DNA of 61,994 nt, filler included. It is 4 parts of 4 records of this genome, joined end to end, with 100 filler letters (N's around TTAATTAATTAA, not from the genome) between each part and the next. Parts side by side here need not be neighbours in the genome. Positions count along the whole stretch, not along the records: positions 1 to 30,750 come from DRR378314_1705; positions 30,851 to 45,252 come from DRR378314_1713; 2 more parts are not named here. One strand, 5' to 3'. Made by a program: the position numbers and the translations under genes. Below the pieces are notes generated by a model. That model searched no databases, had not been told where the DNA came from, and saw only the letters and a list, made by a program, of their open reading frames with translations. Below are positions 20,259 through 31,045 of the stretch, piece after piece (the stretch's first letter is position 1; each line of letters begins with the position of its first letter).

Positions 20259-23200
20259 ATGAGTAATAAACCCTCAGATCCCCTCTCTAACGGCTTGCCG
20301 GGCATCAGCGTTCGACGGCCCTATCTTGCCATTGTCATGAACCTGCTGATCATGATCGCCGGGTTCGGCGCATTATTGGGGATTGAGGTACGTGAGCTGC
20401 CCAATATCGATCGGCCTATTGTCTCGGTCTATGCAGATTATCCGGGCGCATCCCCCGAGACAGTGGATGCAGAAGCGACCAGCACCCTGGAGGCGGCCGT
20501 CTCTCGCGTGAACGGGATCAAGGAAGTCCGTTCCTCCAGCGAAGAAAACAATCTGCGCATTCGGGCCGTTTTCAACCCGACAATTGATCTTGCCGATGCG
20601 GCTAACGACGTTCGCGAGGCTGTCAGCCGGGCCGAACGGCAGTTGCCCGATGCCGTGGAAAATATCCGGGTGATCAAGGCTGATGCGGATGCCAGTTCCA
20701 TCATCTCCCTGTCGGTCTGGAGTGACCGCTTGCAGATTGATGAATTGACACGGGTTGTTGAAAACCAGATCGTGCCGGAACTGACCGCGGTGGAAGGGGT
20801 TGCAACGGTCAATCTGTTTGGCGATCAGGAACAGGTGCTGCGGGTACGGATAGATCCTTTGCGCCTGGCAAGTTTCGGCTTATCCGTCGCCGATGTAGCC
20901 AATACGGTTCAAAATGCCCGTTTTGATGTCCCTGCGGGGAGTTTCTCTTCAGCTGATCAGGAAGTTCTGGTTCGGGCTAACGCCTCTGTTACCAAACCAG
21001 AGCTGATCGAAGATCTTTATGTGAAGGAGCCGGTTCGGATCGGCGATGTGGCCAGCGTTTATTATGCCCCGGCGGAGGCTGAAAGCTGGGTCCGGCTGAA
21101 CAATCGGCGGGTTATCAGTCTGGGTATCGTTCGCCAGGCATCGTCAAACACCATCGCCATTTCCGAAGGGGTCAGTGCGGCCGTTTCTCGCCTGGAAAAA
21201 TCCCTGAAAGGGGTGACCATCGAGACGATTTCCGATGAAAGCCTGTTTATTGAAAGCGCGATCGAGGAACTTCTGGTCACGCTATCCTATACAATCCTGA
21301 TCGTGGTGGCGGTGATCATCCTATTCACCATGCAGGTCCGCTCCTCATTTATCCCAACCCTGGCGGTGCCGGTGGCACTGGTTGGCTCTCTCGCGGCGAT
21401 CTGGGCGCTCGGTTTTTCCATCAATCTGATCACGCTTCTGGCGATGGTACTGGCAACCGGTGCGGTGGTCGATGATGCAATAGTGGTGCTTGAAAATATT
21501 CAGCGGCTGCGCGCCAAGGGGATCAAGTCCAGTGCAGCGGCGGTTCTGGGAACCCGGCAGGTATTTTTCGCTATTATCGCTACCACTGCCACCCTGATTT
21601 CTGTTTTCGTGCCCATTTCCTTCCTGCCCTCTGAAGCGGGGCGTCTGTTCCGGGAATTTGGTTTTGTGCTGGCTGTGACGGTGGCCATTTCTTCCTTTGT
21701 TGCGCTGACCCTTGTGCCCATGCTGGTCTCCAAGCTGCCCGATCGCAGCACCGCCCCCAAAGGACCAGTTGGCCGCTTTTATGATGCGCTGAGTGCGCGC
21801 CTGCTGAGCTTTTACAAGGTTATTCTTGACCTTTCCATGCGCCATCCGGTTCTGTCCCTGATGGTCTGCGCGGTGATTGTCACCACGGGTTACCAGACCT
21901 ATCAACTTCTGGGTGAAGAACTGGTTCCCGAAGAAGATCGGGGCCGTATTGCCGTGCGCTTGACCGGACCTGATGGGGTTGGCCTAGCCTACACGGATCG
22001 GCAGGTTGTCTTTGTTGAAGATCTGTTCCGCCCCTATCTGGAAGATGGAACCGTCACGCGGCTTTATAGTGTGACGGGCAGTTGGGATTTGAACCGCGGA
22101 ACCATTACAGCCCCGCTGGTTGACTGGTCAGAGCGGTCCATCAGTGAAGGGGAAATTGCCCGGGATCTGAACAGCAAGCTAAACGCTCTGCCCGGTGCCC
22201 AGGCGCGGGTGAGCCGGGGCAACAGTCTGAACCTTCGCAATGCCGATGGCGGACTTGAAATCGCGCTGCTCGGCGCCAGTTATCCTGTCATTTTTGAACA
22301 GGCCAATGCTTTCGTCCGGGAGGTTGAAGAAAACCTGCCTTGGATCACCAATATGCGGGTCGAATTTCGCGCAACCCAACCGGAACTGACTATCAAGATC
22401 AACCGGGTGCGGGCAACAGACCTTGGGGTCAGTCTGGATGACCTGGCGACCATGATCCAGGTGTTGATCGATGAAAAGGAAGTGGCGGAACTGATCCTTA
22501 ATGACCAGTCGGTTCCGATCATCCTGCAAGCCAGCAACGGCACCATCCGGCAACCCTCGGATATCTCCAACCTGTATGTGACGGCAAATGACGGCCGACT
22601 GGTTCCGCTGACCCAGTTGGTGACCTTCCATGAAAGTTCTGTTGCCGCTGAATTGGACCGGCATGCCCAGCGCCGGGCCATTGAAATCGATGCCGATATC
22701 GCCCCGGGATACACCTTGCGCGATGCGGTTGATGCCGTGCGGGAACTGGCATTTCAAAAACTATCCTCTGAGGTCAGCCTGATTTTTCTTGGCGAAGCGA
22801 AAGCGCTGGAAGAGACCTCCCACGATATATATCTGACATTTGCTATTGCCCTGATCGTGGTGTTCCTGGTGCTGGTCGCTCAATTTGAAAGTATTACAAG
22901 TGCTCTTGTTGTGCTGTTGACCGTTCCGCTTGGCCTCTGCGCTGCTGCTTTTGCCCTTTACCTTTCGGGCACATCTTTGAATATCTATTCCCAGATCGGG
23001 GTTTTAATGCTGATCGGGATCATGGCCAAAAATGCTATTCTAATGGTGGAGTTTGCTGATCAGCTGCGGGAGCAGGGATATTCCCCATATGATGCCGCGC
23101 GGGAGGCCTCCATTGTCCGCCTTCGGCCCATCATGATGACGATGGTCTCAACGGTAACCGCAGGTCTTCCGCTCATTTTGGGCTCCGGCGCCGGGGTTGA

Positions 23201-23372
23201 AGCCCGCAACGCCATTGGTTGGGTCATTTTTGGCGGCCTTGGTGTTGCCGGGTTGATCACTCTTTTTGTAGCTCCGGTTCTGTATTCCAAACTGGCCAGT
23301 TTCTCCAAACCCCGCTCGCACGGACAGGATCTGCTGAGTGAAGAGCTGAAAGAAGCCAGCAACCTGCATTGA
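20259..23372 (+). CDS. RND efflux permease (AcrB/MdtBC-like)
   Basis: 1037 aa; YPGASPETV, GAVVDDAIVVLEN, KNAILMVEFA, RLRPIMMT. Confidence 0.95.
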   Translation: MSNKPSDPLSNGLPGISVRRPYLAIVMNLLIMIAGFGALLGIEVRELPNIDRPIVSVYADYPGASPETVDAEATSTLEAAVSRVNGIKEVRSSSEENNLRIRAVFNPTIDLADAANDVREAVSRAERQLPDAVENIRVIKADADASSIISLSVWSDRLQIDELTRVVENQIVPELTAVEGVATVNLFGDQEQVLRVRIDPLRLASFGLSVADVANTVQNARFDVPAGSFSSADQEVLVRANASVTKPELIEDLYVKEPVRIGDVASVYYAPAEAESWVRLNNRRVISLGIVRQASSNTIAISEGVSAAVSRLEKSLKGVTIETISDESLFIESAIEELLVTLSYTILIVVAVIILFTMQVRSSFIPTLAVPVALVGSLAAIWALGFSINLITLLAMVLATGAVVDDAIVVLENIQRLRAKGIKSSAAAVLGTRQVFFAIIATTATLISVFVPISFLPSEAGRLFREFGFVLAVTVAISSFVALTLVPMLVSKLPDRSTAPKGPVGRFYDALSARLLSFYKVILDLSMRHPVLSLMVCAVIVTTGYQTYQLLGEELVPEEDRGRIAVRLTGPDGVGLAYTDRQVVFVEDLFRPYLEDGTVTRLYSVTGSWDLNRGTITAPLVDWSERSISEGEIARDLNSKLNALPGAQARVSRGNSLNLRNADGGLEIALLGASYPVIFEQANAFVREVEENLPWITNMRVEFRATQPELTIKINRVRATDLGVSLDDLATMIQVLIDEKEVAELILNDQSVPIILQASNGTIRQPSDISNLYVTANDGRLVPLTQLVTFHESSVAAELDRHAQRRAIEIDADIAPGYTLRDAVDAVRELAFQKLSSEVSLIFLGEAKALEETSHDIYLTFAIALIVVFLVLVAQFESITSALVVLLTVPLGLCAAAFALYLSGTSLNIYSQIGVLMLIGIMAKNAILMVEFADQLREQGYSPYDAAREASIVRLRPIMMTMVSTVTAGLPLILGSGAGVEARNAIGWVIFGGLGVAGLITLFVAPVLYSKLASFSKPRSHGQDLLSEELKEASNLH

Positions 23373-23557
23373 GATTACTTTTCTGTTTTTCCTAATTTCA
23401 GTAAATCTCGGATTTTGACATCATTTTCGCTGTAAAAATCACGTTTTTGACCTCTTTTACGTTCAATGGTAATTTATAAGGAAAGCAAAATATTTGCCGA
23501 CTTCGTCTCAATTGGTTAGAATGGTTCTAATTTGGAGATTTCAAAACGGAGAAAGCT

Positions 23558-24790
23558 ATGTTGCTCAGGGGGCTACTTCGCAAATTTATCCAAATCGGGA
23601 GATTGACGGTTGTCTGGCCTGATGGAACGACTTCAACCTACAGCCAGGGACAGGCTGACCCTTCGGTGACCATGCGCCTGCATGACCGGAATATCGCCAC
23701 CCGGCTTTTCTTTTCCCCAGAGCTTGCACTTGGTGAGGGCTATACAGAAGGTAGAATAACCGTTGAAGACGGGGATATCTTTGATCTTCTGGACTTTTTT
23801 GGCCGCAATTATAGACGAACCGGCGCCAGCCTTGGAACCATAACCCACCATTTTCTGGAAGGACTTGATCTGCTGTTTCGCGGCATTCATCAATATAATC
23901 CGCTGGATCGATCGAAATCCAATGTCGCCCATCACTATGATCTGTCCGGGGATCTGTATCAGCTGTTTCTGGATGCGGACCGGCAATATTCCTGCGCCTA
24001 TTTTCCCACAGGCACCGAAGATCTGGACACCGCCCAGACCGCCAAAAAGCAGCATATCATGAACAAGCTGCGGGTGCAGAACGGGCAGTCGGTCCTGGAT
24101 ATCGGTTGTGGCTGGGGCGGTATGGCGGAAAGCCTTGCCAAAAACTGCGGCGCCCAGGTGTACGGAGTGACCCTGTCAGAGGAGCAATTCTCCTACAGCC
24201 AAAACCGGATTGAAAAAGCGGGCCTATCCCGGGATGTCAGTTTTCATTTGCAGGATTATCGGGAAGTGACCGGCACATTTGATCGAATTGTCTCCGTGGG
24301 GATGTTTGAACATGTAGGCGTTCGCCACTACCCGGAATATTTTGCGAAAATCCGCGACTTGCTCAGCGATGACGGAATTGCGCTGCTGCACACCATCGGA
24401 CGGGTCGGCCCGCCGTCCACCACCTCCAAATGGATTCGCAAATATATCTTCCCGGGTGGCTATTCCCCGTCCTTGTCAGAAATTACCACCGCGCTTGAAA
24501 AATCCGGTCTGGTGACCACAGATGTGGAGGTCTTGCGCCTGCATTATGCAAAAACCTTGCGGCACTGGCGCACGCGCTTTCTGGCCAACCGGGACAAGGC
24601 CGCCGCCCTATATGATGAGCAGTTTGCCCGCATGTGGGATTATTATCTGGCCGCAAGTGAGATCGCTTTTCACTATATGGATCACGTGGTTTTCCAAATC
24701 CAGATCACCAAGGATCAGGCGGCTGTGCCGCTCACCCGGGATTATCTTTATAAAAAGGAAGACCGGCAGCAGGAAGCCATCGCCAGCTAA
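23558..24790 (+). CDS. cfa: Cyclopropane-fatty-acyl-phospholipid synthase family methyltransferase
   Basis: NVAHHYDLS, YSCAYF, VLDIGCGWGG, SVGMFEHVG, WIRKYIFPGG. Confidence 0.9.
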   Translation: MLLRGLLRKFIQIGRLTVVWPDGTTSTYSQGQADPSVTMRLHDRNIATRLFFSPELALGEGYTEGRITVEDGDIFDLLDFFGRNYRRTGASLGTITHHFLEGLDLLFRGIHQYNPLDRSKSNVAHHYDLSGDLYQLFLDADRQYSCAYFPTGTEDLDTAQTAKKQHIMNKLRVQNGQSVLDIGCGWGGMAESLAKNCGAQVYGVTLSEEQFSYSQNRIEKAGLSRDVSFHLQDYREVTGTFDRIVSVGMFEHVGVRHYPEYFAKIRDLLSDDGIALLHTIGRVGPPSTTSKWIRKYIFPGGYSPSLSEITTALEKSGLVTTDVEVLRLHYAKTLRHWRTRFLANRDKAAALYDEQFARMWDYYLAASEIAFHYMDHVVFQIQITKDQAAVPLTRDYLYKKEDRQQEAIAS

Positions 24791-24879
24791 CCTATTTGGG
24801 CAATTGACTGGACGAAATCCGGTGGTTGGTGCACACTTCCTGAAAAGATCAGAAAAACTGAGCCAAAGGGAGACCAAAA

Positions 24880-25467
24880 ATGACAAACCCTGCAGAAGAA
24901 CCTCGCGCTGCCTTTCGGGCAATGACCGAAGCCGACGCGAGCGATTATGACATTATCGGCACTCACTTCCGCCACTATTCCAAAGGTCTGGCAGATCGCC
25001 TGATAGACCATCTCAAATTATTGGATGGGGATTTCGGCGGATTTCCCATTGATCGGCTGGAACATTCCCTGCAATCAGCCACCCGCGCCCACCGCGACGG
25101 CAGGAGCGAGGAATATGTGATCATGGCGTTACTTCATGACATTGGGGACACGCTGGGCACATTTAATCATGCGGACATCGCTGCCAGCATCCTGCAGCCG
25201 TTTCTGGATGAAGAGCTGCACTGGATTGTCAAAAACCATGGCATTTTCCAGGGATATTATTTCTTCCATCATATTGGTCTGGATCGGAATTTGCGCGATC
25301 AGTTTAAGGATCATCCGCATTTCGATGCCTGCGCCGAATTCTGCGAGAAATATGACCAGAACGCATTTGATCCAGATTATCAATCCGAGAGCCTGGAATT
25401 TTTTGAGCCTATGCTCCGCCGGGTTGTTGCGAAACCGAAACAATCTATTTACAAGGCCGTTTCCTAA
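24880..25467 (+). CDS. HD-domain metalloprotein (PhnZ/TmpB-like fold)
   Basis: LEHSLQSATRA, ALLHDIGD, NHADIAA, NH, YDQ metal-ligand pattern. Confidence 0.82.
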   Translation: MTNPAEEPRAAFRAMTEADASDYDIIGTHFRHYSKGLADRLIDHLKLLDGDFGGFPIDRLEHSLQSATRAHRDGRSEEYVIMALLHDIGDTLGTFNHADIAASILQPFLDEELHWIVKNHGIFQGYYFFHHIGLDRNLRDQFKDHPHFDACAEFCEKYDQNAFDPDYQSESLEFFEPMLRRVVAKPKQSIYKAVS

Positions 25468-25488
25468 GCATCAGGAACACCAGCAGAC

Positions 25489-25526
25489 CCAAAAAAACCC
25501 GGATCAAATGACCCGGGTTTTTTTGG
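25489..25526. terminator. Bidirectional intrinsic terminator
   Basis: 14-bp inverted repeat CCAAAAAAACCCGG / CCGGGTTTTTTTGG between convergent genes. Confidence 0.85.
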
Positions 25527-25542
25527 TGGTTAAGTCAGTTTT

Positions 25543-26754
25543 TTAGCCACGCTTGAAAATCGCCGCCAGACCCTGACCGCCTCCAATACACATTGTTTCA
25601 AGACCATAAGTCGCCTCTCGGCGGCCCATTTCCCGAAGCAGGGTTGCCATGATCCGTCCCCCAGTTGCGCCAACCGGGTGACCCAGCGAGATACCAGATC
25701 CGTTGACATTCATCCGCTCAAAATCCGATTTGCCAAGGCCCCAGTCTCGGGTGCAGGCCAGAACCTGGGCCGCGAAGGCTTCGTTCAGTTCAAGCAGATC
25801 AATATCTTTCAAGGAAAGACCGGCCCGCTCCAGAGCCTTGGCGGTGGACGGAACCGGGCCAATCCCCATAATTTCCGGACCGACACCGGCGACAGCCCAG
25901 CTGACCAAAGAGCCATAAATCTTCCAGCCCTGCTTTTCAGCAATGGCCCGTGTGGTCACGACCGCAGCAGAGGCGCCATCATTCTGGCCACTGGCATTCC
26001 CAGCGGTCACGGTGGAGTCTGGATCTGCCTTCTGCAAAATCGGACGGAGTTTCGACAGGCTTTCCAAATTGGCTTCCGGGCGTGGATGCTCATCCTTGGT
26101 GTAGGTAGTATCGCCCTTGCGGCCCTTGACGGTGACCGGAATGATTTCCTCATCAAATGTACCATTTTCCTGGGCTGCAACAGCGCGCCGATGAGATTCA
26201 ACGGCAAATTCATCCTGCTCATCCCGCGGTACAGAATGGCTCCGGCGAAGGTTTTCCGCCGTCTCCAGCATTCCACCTGGAACCGGGAAGTTGATACCGC
26301 CAGCGGTCACCCGTCCGCGGGCCAGCGCATCATGAAACTGCAAGGATGTGCCCTTGATGCCCCAACGACCGGCTGTGGAATAAAACGGCGCGTTCGACAT
26401 GGACTCGTTACCGCCCGCAATCACTACAGACGCACCACCGGTTGCCACCTGCATGACTGCATTGACTACCGCCTGCAGGCCGGAGCCACACCGGCGATCG
26501 ATTTGATATCCACCTGTTGTGATCGGAAATCCGGCATCCAGCGCCGCCACACGGCCAACAGCCGGGGCATCCATGCTGGGATAACATTGAGCGAAAATCA
26601 CATCTTCGGTGAGCTCTTTCAAACCCTCGCAGCGCGCAGCAAGTCCTTCCAGGACAACCCGACCAAGCTCATGGGCGTGCAGATCTTTGAACTGTCCTCC
26701 GAAACGGCCAACGGGGGTCCGAACCGGCTCACATATGACGACGTCTTCCAGCAT
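25543..26754 (-). CDS. Acetyl-CoA C-acyltransferase (thiolase)
   Basis: RRCGSG, NEAFAAQ, GHPVGATG, MCIGGGQG. Confidence 0.95.
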   Translation of the reverse strand: MLEDVVICEPVRTPVGRFGGQFKDLHAHELGRVVLEGLAARCEGLKELTEDVIFAQCYPSMDAPAVGRVAALDAGFPITTGGYQIDRRCGSGLQAVVNAVMQVATGGASVVIAGGNESMSNAPFYSTAGRWGIKGTSLQFHDALARGRVTAGGINFPVPGGMLETAENLRRSHSVPRDEQDEFAVESHRRAVAAQENGTFDEEIIPVTVKGRKGDTTYTKDEHPRPEANLESLSKLRPILQKADPDSTVTAGNASGQNDGASAAVVTTRAIAEKQGWKIYGSLVSWAVAGVGPEIMGIGPVPSTAKALERAGLSLKDIDLLELNEAFAAQVLACTRDWGLGKSDFERMNVNGSGISLGHPVGATGGRIMATLLREMGRREATYGLETMCIGGGQGLAAIFKRG

Positions 26755-26950
26755 TTTTCTTATCCTTTTTTGTTCAGTGCAATGACGTATGGCTGCGCTG
26801 TTCGCAAATACGAAAACCAGCCATTTCCTCAGGGAAATAGCACTGATACCGCCCTTTGTCCAAGCCGAATCAACGAAGACCCGGTCACAGAAACCTGCAT
26901 TTTTTCCTAAGGCGCGAAATCAAACAGGACCAGAACAGCTTTAGGATGAC

Positions 26951-28726
26951 TTAGCCGGAAAGCTCTTTCACCATCTCGTCGCGCATGATGAATTTCTGGG
27001 GTTTACCGGTTACGGTCATGGGAAGTTCACTTTTCAGGCGGACATAGCGGGGAATTTTATAATGGGCGATTTGCCCGTCGCAATAGCGGCGAATTTCATC
27101 TTCCGTCAGGCTCTCTCCCGGGGTCGGGACAATCCAGACGGCTACTTCTTCGCCGAATTTTTCACTGGGGACACCAAAGACCTGCACTTCCTGCACCTTG
27201 GGATGACCATAGAGGAAATCCTCGATCTCCTTGGGATAGATATTCTCCCCACCGCGAATGATCATGTCCTTTACCCGTCCGGAAATCTGACAATATCCTT
27301 CTGCATCCAAAATGGCCAGATCTCCGGTCTGCATCCAGCCCCCATGGGCCAGCGCATCGGTTGTTTTCTCAGCATCATTCCAATAGCCCTGCATCACTGA
27401 ATAACCGCGGGTCCAAAGCTCCCCTTGGGTTCCGACAGGCACGATCTGTCCCGCCTCATCAACGATCTTTACTTCTACGTGCGGATGAATGCGGCCGACG
27501 GTGCCGACCCGCCGCTCGATGCTGTCATCCACATGGCTTTGAAAGGACACAGGACTGGTTTCGGTCATGCCATAGGCAATCGTCACCTCTGACATATGCA
27601 TTTTCGAAATCACTTTCTTCATTACTTCGATGGGACAGGGCGCACCAGCCATGATCCCGCTGCGAAGAGAGGTGAGATCCATGCGGTCAAACTCCGGATG
27701 TTCCAGCATGGCGACAAACATGGTGGGCACCCCATAAAGCACCGTGCACCGCTCTTTGCTGACCGTCTGCAGGGTTTCCAGTGGATCAAAAGCCTGCCCC
27801 GGAAACACCATGGCAGCGCCCTTGGTCACGCATCCCAACGTTCCCATCACCATTCCAAAACAATGATAAAGCGGCACCGGTATGGCAAGTTTATCTTGTT
27901 CTGTCAGGTTCAGCGTTCGGGTCACGAAATGGGCATTATTGACAATATTGAAATGGGTTAATGTTGCCCCTTTGGGCGATCCGGTGGTGCCGCTGGTGAA
28001 TTGAATATTGACCGGATCATCGGGAGAGAGGGTCGCTGTAATCCCATCCAGACGTAGTTGCTGCGCCGGGCCGCCCATACGGCTGACCTCGTCAAAATCG
28101 AAAAAGCCGTCTTCTGGACCCCCGCCAGCCTTGATCACCATTTTCAGATGCGGCAGGCGGACAGAGTTGAGCCGCCCCGGCTCCGCCTTGTCAATCTCCG
28201 GCGCCAGGGACCGGATCATCTCGATATAGTTGGAGGTTTTAAAGTGATGGGCTGCAATCAGCGCCTTACATTCCACTTTATTCAGCGCATATTCCAGTTC
28301 CGACAACCGATAGGCCGGGTTAATCGTCACCAAAATCAAGCCAATACGCGCCGTGGCAAACTGGGTCAACAGCCATTCCAGCCGATTGGGCGACCAGATC
28401 CCGACCCGATCCCCTTTTTCAAGGCCCAGCGCCAGGAACCCCGAGGCCAGAGCATCAATTTCCCGATCCAGATCATAATAGGTCAGCCGTTTTCCGGTTT
28501 CGGCGAAAACTGCGGCTTCCCGATGCCCGACCCGGGCAACAGTGGCCGCCAGCATCTGCGGAATGGTGGTGTATTTCAAAGGCTCCCGCTGGTCACCGGA
28601 GACATAGGATGTTCCGTCAACCGGGGCCAGGCTGAAACTCTCTTCAAGCTCCAGGCTTAAAGAGCCGCTGACCAACAGACTTTTGGACAATTCCCCTGCC
28701 AGAGGTTCGTTCAATTTACTCATCAC
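26951..28726 (-). CDS. AMP-dependent acyl-CoA synthetase (ACSF2-like)
   Basis: [40 protein letters not shown]. Confidence 0.93.
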   Translation of the reverse strand: MMSKLNEPLAGELSKSLLVSGSLSLELEESFSLAPVDGTSYVSGDQREPLKYTTIPQMLAATVARVGHREAAVFAETGKRLTYYDLDREIDALASGFLALGLEKGDRVGIWSPNRLEWLLTQFATARIGLILVTINPAYRLSELEYALNKVECKALIAAHHFKTSNYIEMIRSLAPEIDKAEPGRLNSVRLPHLKMVIKAGGGPEDGFFDFDEVSRMGGPAQQLRLDGITATLSPDDPVNIQFTSGTTGSPKGATLTHFNIVNNAHFVTRTLNLTEQDKLAIPVPLYHCFGMVMGTLGCVTKGAAMVFPGQAFDPLETLQTVSKERCTVLYGVPTMFVAMLEHPEFDRMDLTSLRSGIMAGAPCPIEVMKKVISKMHMSEVTIAYGMTETSPVSFQSHVDDSIERRVGTVGRIHPHVEVKIVDEAGQIVPVGTQGELWTRGYSVMQGYWNDAEKTTDALAHGGWMQTGDLAILDAEGYCQISGRVKDMIIRGGENIYPKEIEDFLYGHPKVQEVQVFGVPSEKFGEEVAVWIVPTPGESLTEDEIRRYCDGQIAHYKIPRYVRLKSELPMTVTGKPQKFIMRDEMVKELSG

Positions 28727-28757
28727 ACTTATCCCTCCCTCTTATCGCCTTGCAGCC

Positions 28758-30749
28758 TTAGTAATTTCGCCAGTCCCCGGCTTGTTCATAGGCATGTGCC
28801 GCCCGGTAAATTGACATTTCCGTATAATGATCACCAACCAGCATCATGCCGATGGGAAGCCCTTCGCTGAGGCCACACGGGATCGACATGGCCGGATAAC
28901 CAGTAGCGTTGAACGGTGCCGTGTTGCCAATCATTTCAAAGGCCCGCTGAACATACAGCTCCACCGGGGCATCACCGGGCGGGATCGGTTGCGGCTTCAT
29001 GGGAACCGTTGGCATCAGCAAAATATCATAACTTTTGAACATCGCTTCATAGGATTTACGCAGTTTACGCATCAGGTTTTGCGCCTTGCCATAATAACGG
29101 CCGCGATAACTGGTCTGAAAATATTCCCCCAGAAACATGCAGACCTTCAAACTGGTGGACAGTTCATCGGCCCGGTTCTGCCAATTACCAAAATGATCCA
29201 TCATGCTGGGCTGGAACATGCCTTTGTAATTGGTTCCAAAACTGTTACCCCACATCATCAGATCCTGCAAGCCTTCAACAGTGATGGCCGTCCAGTAATC
29301 AGTCGCCTGATTATGTTCGGGAATGGAAACCTCTTCAACCTGGGCGCCCAACCGGCGCAGCACATCAGCCGCCGCCAGCACCTTCTGATCTACATCCGGC
29401 TCGCTTTCTTCCCGGTGAAATCCTTCTTTCAAAACCCCGACCCGAAGGCCATAAACCCCTTTTCCAAGGGCGTCGGTATAGTGAAAAGTCCGGGGTTTAT
29501 ACTGGCGTGGATCCAGCTTGTCTTCACCGGCCAACACTTCCAGAAACAGCGCATTATCCGAAACATTATTAGTCACCGGCCCCACATGATCGATGGTCTG
29601 TTCAATGGACATAACACCTGTATAGGGCACCAGACCATGGGTCGCTTTCATACCATAAACGCCGCAATTGCTGGCGGGAATGCGAATAGAGCCACCCTGA
29701 TCTGCGGCCAGCGCCATATCCACCTCACCAGCGGCAACCAGTGCCGCCGATCCACCGGAAGAGCCACCTGCCATAAACCCGTGTTTATAGGGGTTATGGA
29801 TCGGACCTGTCGCGTTGGTATGGCTTCCCCCGGACAGACATAAATTTTCACAATGGGCTTTGCCCGCGATGTTGCCCCCCGCATCCAGAATGCGGGTGAT
29901 CACGGTTGCATCCACTTCCGGCGTGTAGCCTTCCATGACAGCAGATCCGTTCATCATGGGAACACCGGCAACCGATATATTATCCTTCACCGCGATGCGT
30001 TTGCCAGCCAACGGGCCGGACATGGCGCCCTGAATATTGGTTTTATAATACCACGCGTTCAATGGATTTTCAGACGGGCTTGGACGGTGTCCCGGCGTTC
30101 GGGGATATCGCACCTCCGGCAGATAATCAGGTTCTGTATCCAGTCGGTCATATGCCTGAATGTAAGGCTCCATTACCCCCAGATAGGTTACCAGTTCTTC
30201 ATCGCTCATGGAAAAGCCCATGGTACGGGCCATTTCGCGCATTTTTTCCAAGGATGGACGTTTCACACTCATATGTCCCACCTGCTCCTGTTTAAATGAG
30301 GATAACTCGGTCATTGTTGTTTGTTTCGGATCTGAAACATTATGGACAGACCCGCGGCTTTCAGGGGCTCCAAAAGATCGGGCTGCCGCTGAAGGCGGCG
30401 GTGGCGCCGTGACAGCACTGGCGGTTGGTGCGGGTCCGTTCAATCCGGTTTTCCGGGCCGCGCCAAACCCCAGAAAGGCCTCCATCTTGGCGTCATTCTG
30501 TAAATCCGCCTGATCCAGTTCGGCGATGATCGCCCCTTTTTCCAGAACCAGAACCCGATCCGATAACTCAGCAATAAAGTCGAAATTCTGCTCAACCAGT
30601 AAAATACTCAAACCCTTGCTTTTGCGAATCTGCTGCAGGGTTTCGATAATCTCATCAATAATTGAGGGTTGAATGCCTTCGGTTGGCTCATCCAATAAGA
30701 TACAATCGGGTGATCCCATCAAACATCTGGCCAGTGCCAGAAGCTGTTG
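28758..30749 (-). CDS. UrtE/LivF-like ABC ATPase (5' truncated) in frame with an amidase-signature amidase
   Basis: QQLLALARCL..LLDEPTEGIQPSI..LLVEQN, Pro/Ala linker, then MSVKRPS...AVKDN, CENLC, GGSSGGS, GGSIRIPAS; no stop between the parts; frame open to contig edge. Confidence 0.82.
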   Translation of the reverse strand, partial: QQLLALARCLMGSPDCILLDEPTEGIQPSIIDEIIETLQQIRKSKGLSILLVEQNFDFIAELSDRVLVLEKGAIIAELDQADLQNDAKMEAFLGFGAARKTGLNGPAPTASAVTAPPPPSAAARSFGAPESRGSVHNVSDPKQTTMTELSSFKQEQVGHMSVKRPSLEKMREMARTMGFSMSDEELVTYLGVMEPYIQAYDRLDTEPDYLPEVRYPRTPGHRPSPSENPLNAWYYKTNIQGAMSGPLAGKRIAVKDNISVAGVPMMNGSAVMEGYTPEVDATVITRILDAGGNIAGKAHCENLCLSGGSHTNATGPIHNPYKHGFMAGGSSGGSAALVAAGEVDMALAADQGGSIRIPASNCGVYGMKATHGLVPYTGVMSIEQTIDHVGPVTNNVSDNALFLEVLAGEDKLDPRQYKPRTFHYTDALGKGVYGLRVGVLKEGFHREESEPDVDQKVLAAADVLRRLGAQVEEVSIPEHNQATDYWTAITVEGLQDLMMWGNSFGTNYKGMFQPSMMDHFGNWQNRADELSTSLKVCMFLGEYFQTSYRGRYYGKAQNLMRKLRKSYEAMFKSYDILLMPTVPMKPQPIPPGDAPVELYVQRAFEMIGNTAPFNATGYPAMSIPCGLSEGLPIGMMLVGDHYTEMSIYRAAHAYEQAGDWRNY

Positions 30750-30750
30750 C

Positions 30751-30850
30751 NNNNNNNNNNNNNNNNNNNNNNNNNNNNNNNNNNNNNNNNNNNNTTAATT
30801 AATTAANNNNNNNNNNNNNNNNNNNNNNNNNNNNNNNNNNNNNNNNNNNN
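30751..30850. other. Artificial contig spacer
   Basis: N-run with TTAATTAATTAA (stops in all six frames). Confidence 0.99.
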
Positions 30851-31045
30851 GGTCCTCCACCGTCTGGGTGGCCGAGCTGTTGCTGTTCGCGCGCGGCGTT
30901 CCGCAACGCTACGCACCTGCTCTCTGCGCCCGCGCCGGCAGGGAGGTGCTGTGATGCGAATAGGTTTACACATGTCAGAGACAGATGCATACCATTGAGG
31001 TTATCTGACGTGGCGGCCACGGTCCCAATTGTGCACGATATGCAG

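Noticed and set aside
30751-30850. TTAATTAATTAA motif occurring three times in the window
   Set aside because: Artificial six-frame-stop linker inside N runs, not biological
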